A stretch of DNA of 64,000 bases, from NCBI GenBank assembly GCA_963759165.1, contig CAVWXK010000001.1, forward strand, positions 666,260 through 730,259. The letters are read 5' to 3'. A program made the translations under genes and the position numbers. Below, piece after piece: positions 56,252 to 64,000 of the stretch. Under the pieces are notes generated by a model. The model was not told where the DNA came from, searched no databases, and worked only from the letters and a program-made list of their open reading frames with translations. The stretch is from an uncultured Pseudomonadota bacterium. Its GTDB lineage: Bacteria > Desulfobacterota > Binatia > Binatales > Binataceae. Position 1 is the stretch's first letter. The number at the start of each line of letters is the position of its first letter.

Positions 56252-57183
56252 GCGGCGCCGACCAAAGGGGCTTGCACACGGCTGGAAGCTTCCGGCGGCG
56301 GCTCTGATGGCCGCCTTCTCTCTGATGGCCGGATGCTCGCTCCTGATTCCTCCATCAACTCCGGCGTTTCCTGAGGCTCCCGTAATCGCCGAAATGTCGC
56401 ATGCGCGCGAATTGGCGAAAGCGCTGGTCGAGCGTGACCGCGAACTGACCTCGATGCAGACCGCCGCCGTGATGGAGTATCGCGGGAGCGGACCGGCACG
56501 CGAAGGCGCGCGAACAGATCATGGTCCGCCGTCCCGGAAGCCTGCGGGTGGAGGCGATATCGCCGTTCGGATTGGCCATGGTGGTGGCGGCCAATGATTC
56601 GCATCTCGAGATCTTCGAGCCTTCCACCGACACGCTCTACAAGGGTGAGGCGAGCGCTCAGAGCCTGAGCCGCTTCGCGCAAATTCCGCTGGCGCCCAAG
56701 CCGGCGGTGAACCTGCTGATGGGTTTGGCGCCGGACGGCGACGCGCTCCTGCGCGCCCCCGACTCAGTCAGAGCCGAGGGCGGCCTTCTCATCGCCGCCT
56801 ACAAAAGCGCGGATGGCTCGGTCACCGAAATCGGTTTTCGAGGGCCGCAACTCGCGCTGGTTCGCGAGCGGAGCGAAGCCGGCGTCGAGTGCGAGGTGCG
56901 TTACAGCGATTACCGCGACATCGGCGGATTTCAATTCGCCCATCGGATCGAGGCGGACTTCCCTCGCGCCCGCACGCACGTGAACTTCACCTACCGGGGG
57001 CCGATCATCAACGGTATCCTCGCCGACTCGCTGTTCGCGCTGACCCCCGGACCCGCGACCAAACAGGTCGATCTCAATCGGACCGGAGTCTCGTCCGCCG
57101 CCGCCGAGTCTAAATGGTTAGGCTCGGAAAAAAAACCGCTCGAGCCGCTGTCGCCAGCGTCTCGGTCGCGATCGTTTTCTTGA
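56229..57183 (+). CDS. Lipoprotein (LolB/DUF4292-like fold suspected), frameshifted near 56510
   Basis: Lipobox LMAGCS. The later part GSLRVEAISPFGLAMVVAANDSHLEIFEP is in another frame. Confidence 0.5.
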
Positions 57184-58826
57184 TGGGCTGTCACATACGC
57201 CGGCCCGCGAACGATCACGCGCGTCAGCAGATGCTCTATTCGGCGACCATCAGCGACCCCAAGACCTTCAATCCGGTGCTGGTTACCGACAGCGGTTCCG
57301 GCCAGGTCACCGGCAATCTCTTCGAGGGCCTCGTGAGGCTGAACCCTTTGACCACGCTGCCCGAGCCGGGCCTGGCCGAAAGCTGGGAGATTGGCGACGG
57401 CGGCCGTTCGATAACCTTCCATCTGCGCCGGGGGGTGAAATGGCAGGACGGCGAACCCTTCACTTCCCGCGACGTGGTGTTCACGCTGCGCGCGATTTAC
57501 GATCCGCGGGTTCCCAACAGCGAGCGTCCGATCCTGACCATCGACGGCAAGCCGATCGGGATCGAAGCCCTCGATGATCATACCGTGAGGATGAAGCTCC
57601 CGCGTCCGTTTGCGCCGCTGCTTTACTCGATCGGCTTTGAGATCCTGCCCGCGCACATCCTGGAGAAGGCTCTCGACGCCGGCAATTTCAACCGTAGCTG
57701 GGGTATCGATACGCCGCCCGACAAAATCGTTGGGCTGGGGCCGTATCGTCTGACGCGCTACGTGCCGGCGCAATTCATCGAGTTTAAGCGCAACCCCGAC
57801 TACTGGATGAAGGATGAACATGGCGCGCCGCTGCCCAGGCTCAACGGCCAGGTGCTGTTGATCGTCCAGGATCAGAACGCGTCATATCTGCGCTTCCTGT
57901 CCGGCCAGACCGATGTGCACACCCCGCGGCCGGAAGAGGTGCTCGACTTGCGCGCGAGGAAGGACGCGCTGGGGATCTCTCTCAAGGACGTTGGTCTCGA
58001 TACCGGGTCGCTGTTCTTCACCTTCAATCGCAATCCGCGTCATTACGTTCGCGACGGCGCCGCCGACCCGAGGCTGAGCTGGTTTACCGATCTGAAGTTC
58101 CTGCGCGCGATCGCCCACCTGATCGACAAGCAGGCGATGGTCAACCTGTGCTTTCACGGCCTCGGCGGTCCCGCGGTCAGCGGCATCTCGCCGGAAAACA
58201 GGATTTTTCATAATCCGAACCTCAAGGATTACGAGTACGATCCCAAACTCGCCGAGCAATTGCTGGAATCGGGCGGCTATCATCTGATCGCTCCCGGCGT
58301 GCGGGCCGACGCGCACGGCAATCGGCTCGAGTTCAATCTGACGACCAACGCGGGCGCCAAGGAGCGCGAGCAGATGTGCGCGATCTTCAAGCAGGATCTC
58401 GCCAACGTCGGCATCCGCGTGAACTACCGGCCGCTGGAGTTCACGACGCTGGTCGAGAAGCTCGACTCGACGCTGGACTGGGATTGCGTATTGATCGGTT
58501 TTACCGGCGGCATCGAGCCCAACAACGGCGCGAATTTTTATCGATCGTCGGGCAACCTCCATCTCTGGAACCCATCGCAGCCCAAACCCGCGACGCCGTG
58601 GGAGGCCGAGATCGATCGTTTGCTGGAGGAAGGCTCGGCGGAAATGGACGTCACGAAGAGGGCGCCCTACTATTGGCGCATCCAGCAGATTCTCCACGAC
58701 CAACTGGCGATCATCGAAACCGTGCGCCAGTTGCGTTTCGACGCCTACAGGAATTCGCTGGTTGATTACAATCCGACGGTTTGGGGATTGTACAAACCGG
58801 AGTGGATGCACTTCGCGAGTAACTGA
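57114..58826 (+). CDS. ABC transporter substrate-binding lipoprotein (peptide/nickel, family 5)
   Basis: Lipobox FLMGCH. 570 aa with ...RGVKWQDGEPFTSRDVVFT..., which is typical of SBP_bac_5. Confidence 0.8.
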   Translation: MVRLGKKTARAAVASVSVAIVFLMGCHIRRPANDHARQQMLYSATISDPKTFNPVLVTDSGSGQVTGNLFEGLVRLNPLTTLPEPGLAESWEIGDGGRSITFHLRRGVKWQDGEPFTSRDVVFTLRAIYDPRVPNSERPILTIDGKPIGIEALDDHTVRMKLPRPFAPLLYSIGFEILPAHILEKALDAGNFNRSWGIDTPPDKIVGLGPYRLTRYVPAQFIEFKRNPDYWMKDEHGAPLPRLNGQVLLIVQDQNASYLRFLSGQTDVHTPRPEEVLDLRARKDALGISLKDVGLDTGSLFFTFNRNPRHYVRDGAADPRLSWFTDLKFLRAIAHLIDKQAMVNLCFHGLGGPAVSGISPENRIFHNPNLKDYEYDPKLAEQLLESGGYHLIAPGVRADAHGNRLEFNLTTNAGAKEREQMCAIFKQDLANVGIRVNYRPLEFTTLVEKLDSTLDWDCVLIGFTGGIEPNNGANFYRSSGNLHLWNPSQPKPATPWEAEIDRLLEEGSAEMDVTKRAPYYWRIQQILHDQLAIIETVRQLRFDAYRNSLVDYNPTVWGLYKPEWMHFASN

Positions 58827-58871
58827 GAACGAGAGTGCCGCACCAGACCAGACGCGACCCGGACTAAAATC

Positions 58872-59852
58872 GTGGCCCGTTTTCTCCTACGACGCTTTCT
58901 CAACATGATTCCGCTGATCCTCGGCGTCACTTTTCTTTCGTTTCTGGTGATGTCGCTGGTGCCGGGCGATTACATGTCGAGTCTCAAGCTCAATCCGTCG
59001 ATTTCGCCGCAGATCATCCATCAGATGGAGGCGGAATTCGGCCTTGATCGGCCGCTGATCGTCCGCTATCTCAAATGGCTCTGGGCGGCGCTGCATCTGG
59101 ATTTGGGAATCTCGCTCGCCTATCGCGTGAGCGTCGTGCATCTGATTGGCTCGCGCGCGCTCAACACCGTCATCCTCGCCGCCAGCAGCATGCTCTTTTC
59201 ATGGATCTTCGCGATTCCGATCGGCATCGCGGTCGCGGTCAACCAGGATTCGATCTGGGATCGCGTGCTTTCGTTTCTGGCCTTCCTCGGGATGTCGCTG
59301 CCGAACTTCTTTTTCGCCTTCCTGATGATGTACATGGCGTTGCGGACCGGATGGTTTCCGGTCGGCGGCTCGTTCTCGATCGATTACGCGAGCCTCGATC
59401 CGTGGAGCAAGGTGCTGGACCGCGCCTATCATCTGATCCTTCCGGTGATCGTGCTGGGCAGCGCCGGGATGGCCTCGCTGATGCGCCTGATGCGCTCGCA
59501 GATTCTCGAAATCAAGCGCGCGGAATTCGTGCGCACGGCCAGGGCCAAGGGGCTCTCCGAGCGCGTCGTCATCTACAAGCACGTCCTGCGCAACGCGCTT
59601 AATCCGTTCGTCACGCTTGCCGGCTACGGCCTCGCCGATCTGCTCGGCGGCGCGGCGCTGGTCGAGGCGGTGATGAACTTGCAGGGGCTCGGCCTGTTGC
59701 TGCTCGAGGCCGTGCGCTCGCTCGACATTTATCTGGTGATGGGCTCGGTGCTGACCGGCACCGTGTTGCTGCTGCTCGGCAATCTGCTGGCGGATATCGC
59801 GCTGGTGGCGGTCGATCCGCGGGTGGACTTCAGTTCTTCGGGTTCGCCATGA
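58872..59852 (+). CDS. ABC transporter permease (OppB/DppB-like)
   Basis: 6-TM pattern and FVRTARAKGLSERVVIYKHVLRNAL. Confidence 0.8.
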   Translation: MARFLLRRFLNMIPLILGVTFLSFLVMSLVPGDYMSSLKLNPSISPQIIHQMEAEFGLDRPLIVRYLKWLWAALHLDLGISLAYRVSVVHLIGSRALNTVILAASSMLFSWIFAIPIGIAVAVNQDSIWDRVLSFLAFLGMSLPNFFFAFLMMYMALRTGWFPVGGSFSIDYASLDPWSKVLDRAYHLILPVIVLGSAGMASLMRLMRSQILEIKRAEFVRTARAKGLSERVVIYKHVLRNALNPFVTLAGYGLADLLGGAALVEAVMNLQGLGLLLLEAVRSLDIYLVMGSVLTGTVLLLLGNLLADIALVAVDPRVDFSSSGSP

Positions 59853-60955
59853 GTACCGCCGACGCTGCTCGATTCCTCGATCGCGCATCTTCAGGAGGCG
59901 CACGGCGTTCCTTTGTGAAAACCCTGATGCGCGAGTGGCGGCTCGCCTCCTGGCCGGTGCGCCTGTCGGTCTCCTGCCTCGCGCTCTTCTACTTCTTCGC
60001 GATCGCGTCGCCGTTCGTCGCGCCCTACGATCCGACCTTTCAATCCCGCCAGTTGCCCGATTGCCCGCCGATGATGCCGCATCTGAGTCCGCCGTCGGAG
60101 TGGTCGAAGGGATTTTTCTATAGCTATCCGATGCGGATGGCGGACCCGGTCGAGCGCAAGTTCGCAGCCGACCGCGGACAGAAGATTTACATTCATCTGT
60201 TCCGTGGCGGCCATCTCTTCACCACTGATCCGGGCACCGCGTGGTTCATTCTCGGCAGCGACGGGCTCGGCCGCGATCTCTTCTCGCGTATCGTCTACGG
60301 CGCGCGGGTCAGCATGAGTATCGGGCTGATTGGCGTGCTGATCAGCTTCTCGCTCGGCATCTCGGTCGGCGCGCTCTCGGGTTACGTCGGCGGAACGCTC
60401 GATAACCTGATCATGCGATGGTCGGAAATCGAAATGTCGCTGCCGTCGTTCTACTTCCTGCTCGCGCTGGCCGCCGTCATCCCGCCGGGACTGGGCTCGG
60501 TGCAGACCTTTCTGATGATCGTTGCGATCATGAGCTTCATCAGTTGGGCCGGATTCGCCCGGATTATCCGCGGCATGGTCGCCTCGGTGCGCTCGCGTCC
60601 ATACGTCGAGGCGGCGCGTGCGCTCGGCGCTCCGATGCATCGCATACTGCTGCGTCACGTCATCCCCTCGGTGTTGGGCTACGCGATAGTCGCCGCGACC
60701 CTTTCGGTGCCCGGCTTCATCCTCGGCGAGAGCGCGCTCTCGCTGCTGGGCTTGGGGATTCAGGAGCCGGCGGCCAGTTGGGGCAATCTGCTGGCGCAGG
60801 CCGAAGACGTGCAGAACCTGATGCGCTATCCGTGGATTTTGATTCCCGGTGTGTTTATCTTCCTCGCCGTGATGTCGTTTAACTTCCTGGGCGATTATCT
60901 TCGCGATCGCCTCGATCCGTCACATTCGATGCAGGCGGGTCGCGTAAAATGCTAG
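59849..60955 (+). CDS. ABC transporter permease (OppC/DppC-like)
   Basis: 4-nt overlap with the upstream permease. ...YVEAARALGAPMHRILLRHVIPS. Confidence 0.8.
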   Translation: MSTADAARFLDRASSGGARRSFVKTLMREWRLASWPVRLSVSCLALFYFFAIASPFVAPYDPTFQSRQLPDCPPMMPHLSPPSEWSKGFFYSYPMRMADPVERKFAADRGQKIYIHLFRGGHLFTTDPGTAWFILGSDGLGRDLFSRIVYGARVSMSIGLIGVLISFSLGISVGALSGYVGGTLDNLIMRWSEIEMSLPSFYFLLALAAVIPPGLGSVQTFLMIVAIMSFISWAGFARIIRGMVASVRSRPYVEAARALGAPMHRILLRHVIPSVLGYAIVAATLSVPGFILGESALSLLGLGIQEPAASWGNLLAQAEDVQNLMRYPWILIPGVFIFLAVMSFNFLGDYLRDRLDPSHSMQAGRVKC

Positions 60956-61037
60956 CGGGATCGGCGGAGCGCCGACCATCGATGCGTCTGGTCGTCCCCG
61001 GCGACGGTTCGGACGAAGTCCCCGACGCGGCGCCGCG

Positions 61038-61643
61038 TCAGGGTCTGCGCGCCATCAGAGCGAAGTGGTAGCGGAACAGGCGTTCGCGTTCGACCGCGAG
61101 GCCGAACGTCTCGACGCGCTTGCGCCCGCCCGCGGCGTCGTAGACATGATCCTTAGGCGGGCCGGCGGGCCGTTCGACGTCGGCGCGCCAATCGATGAAC
61201 AGCGCCAAGCCGCCTGGTTTCAAAAGCCCCACTAGGCCGCGCATCGCCTCGTCGCCGACTTCGTGCAGCACGTTGATGGCGAGGATGCGGTCGGCCTTTG
61301 CTTGCAGTTCCGACAGCGCGTCGGTGAGAACCGGCCGCAGATTCCTGAGCGCCGCGGCGGCGGGCTTGGCGCGCAGCAGCTCCAGCATCTCGGGCTGCTC
61401 ATCGAGCGCGATAACCTCGAGGTCCGGGCGGCGCCTCGCCAACTCGATCGCGTAAGTGCCGGTGCCGGTGCCGAAATCGATAACGCACGCCCCTTGCGGC
61501 GCATCGAGGAGTTCCACGACTTCGGCGGGCGGGAGGTATTCGAAGCGCGCCGGATCGTCGAGCTTGGCCGCGCGCGCCGGGTCGAAGCGCTCGGGTTGCT
61601 TCGCGCCGTGGCGACCCTGATCGTGTTTGCCATGTTCGCTCAT
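61038..61643 (-). CDS. Class I SAM-dependent methyltransferase
   Basis: VIDFGTGTGTYAIELA (motif I). Confidence 0.75.
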   Translation of the reverse strand: MSEHGKHDQGRHGAKQPERFDPARAAKLDDPARFEYLPPAEVVELLDAPQGACVIDFGTGTGTYAIELARRRPDLEVIALDEQPEMLELLRAKPAAAALRNLRPVLTDALSELQAKADRILAINVLHEVGDEAMRGLVGLLKPGGLALFIDWRADVERPAGPPKDHVYDAAGGRKRVETFGLAVERERLFRYHFALMARRP

Positions 61644-61701
61644 GCCGTCATCTTACTACATCGCCGCGGAAATGGGGCGGGGTTTGTTAAAGGCTGTCCG
61701 C

Positions 61702-62737
<1,036 letters not shown>

Positions 62738-62745
<8 letters not shown>

Positions 62746-63754
62746 CCCCGAGTCCCAGGCGTCCGGCCCGGAAAGCGCGGCGGGCGTGCTGGTCCGAACC
62801 GAGCAGCTCTGCAAGGAGTTCCCGGTCGGCACCACGGGCCTGTTCGCCCGCAAACGGCTGACGGTCAAGGCGGTCGAGGGCGTGAGTGTGGAAGTTCTTG
62901 CGGGCGAGACCCTCGGGCTGGTGGGCGAATCGGGCTCGGGCAAATCGACTTTGGGCCGGCTGATTCTGAGGCTCATCGAGCCGACTTCGGGCAAGGTTTT
63001 TTTCGACGGTCAGGATCTGTCGGCAATTGGCCGCGCGGAGCTGCGACAGTTGCGCCGGCAGATGCAGGTCGTCTTCCAGGACCCTTACGCCTCGCTCGAT
63101 CCGCGGATGAAGGTGGCGTCTATCGTCGGCGAAGGCCTCGAGATTCACAGGCTCGCGCGGGGCAGGGAAAAGCAGGAACGAATCGCCGAATTGCTCCATC
63201 TGGTCGGACTCGACCCCGACGCGATGGCGCGCTATCCGCACGAGTTTTCCGGCGGTCAGCGCCAGCGGATCGGCATCGCGCGGGCGCTGGCGGTAAATCC
63301 GCGCTTCCTGGTGCTGGACGAGCCGGTTTCGGCGCTCGACGTTTCGATCCAGGCGCAAATTATAAATCTGCTCCAGGACTTGCAGCAGCAGCTCAATCTG
63401 ACCTACCTGTTTATCGCCCACGACCTGCGGGTGGTCGAGCATATCAGCCGGCGGGTCGCGATCATGTACCTGGGCAAGATCGTCGAGACCGCTGGCGCGG
63501 AAGAACTCTATCGCAACCCATGCCATCCCTATACTCGCGCGCTGCTGTCCGCGATTCCGGCGATCGACGCCGAGAGCAGGCCCGAGCGTATCCGGCTGCC
63601 GGGCGAAGTCCCGAGCCCCGTGAATCCGCCCTCGGGCTGCGGCTTCCATCCGCGCTGTCCTTATGCGAAAGATGTTTGTCGAGCCACAGAGCCGCGTCTG
63701 GAGGTCGGACGTGAAGGACATGCTGTGGCCTGCCACGTTTTTCCCGCGCCCTGA
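62738..63754 (+). CDS. ABC transporter ATP-binding protein (OppF/DppF-like)
   Basis: The GTG overlaps the upstream stop. [25 protein letters not shown]. Confidence 0.85.
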
Positions 63755-63769
63755 CATCCGGCGGCAGAG

Positions 63770-64000
63770 ATGGAAACAAAGAATCAAAACCAGATGCGCA
63801 ATCGCGGACGGCAAGACGAGGAGTTGGCGTCGGGCCTCGAGATGCCGGCGCCTTCGGCCGGAATTCCCCGCGCTCCCGGACAAGCCTGGGTGGAAGAGCG
63901 CACACGGGTCGCGGTAGGCCGCAACGTCACAGTTTCAGGGCGGCTGGTATTTCAGGAGCCGGTGCGAATCGAAGGATGCTTTCGCGGCGAGGTGACTTCG
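63770..64000 (+). CDS. Bactofilin-family protein, 3' end outside the window
   Basis: After a disordered N-terminus comes ...NVTVSGRLVFQEPVRIEGCFRGEVTS, which resembles the start of a bactofilin beta-helix. Confidence 0.5.
   Translation, partial: METKNQNQMRNRGRQDEELASGLEMPAPSAGIPRAPGQAWVEERTRVAVGRNVTVSGRLVFQEPVRIEGCFRGEVTS

Noticed and set aside
57882-58811. 309-aa minus-strand ORF.
   Set aside because: It lies antisense to the substrate-binding protein gene.

Overview
This is a high-GC bacterial chromosome segment of Gram-negative type. All calls come from reading motifs by eye; no searches were run.

- **Left edge:** a porin gene (5' end outside the window) and tRNA-Arg(TCT) at 1477-1553.
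- **Accessory region (about 1554-31960, ~30 kb):** it starts right after the tRNA and ends at a truncated phosphotriesterase-family gene. It looks like two tandem integrase-bearing modules.
- **Module 1 (1.5-17.8 kb):**
  - a protein built of six zinc-ribbon repeats
  - a 1201-aa tail-fibre/adhesin-like protein
  - a mobilisation block: relaxase, MobC, an RHH protein, and a TraG/VirD4-type coupling protein with a C-terminal J-domain. No mating-pair-formation genes are present.
  - several small ORFs, an IS110-family insertion and a tyrosine integrase
- **Module 2 (17.8-31.9 kb):**
  - two convergent cytosine-methylation units: GHKL-ATPase/nuclease fusion + Dcm + Vsr, and Vsr + Dcm + putative endonuclease
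  - an ssb/ardC leading-region-like cluster
  - an AT-richer AIPR (Abi-type) gene
  - a tRNA-Leu(CAA) split by a 245-nt group I intron
  - a second integrase
- **32-64 kb:** ordinary housekeeping genes. These include lutB-lutC-lutA, queG, an Fe-S carrier, fabG, cysS, a CbbQ/NorQ-type ATPase, ltaE, permeases, exbB-exbD-exbD, TPR and lipoprotein genes, an Opp/Dpp-type ABC transporter and a bactofilin.
- **Sequence quality:** about 20 single-base frameshifts cluster at 35.4-39.7 kb and 50-56.5 kb. They look like assembly indels rather than gene decay.
- **Not seen:** rRNA genes or a CRISPR array.
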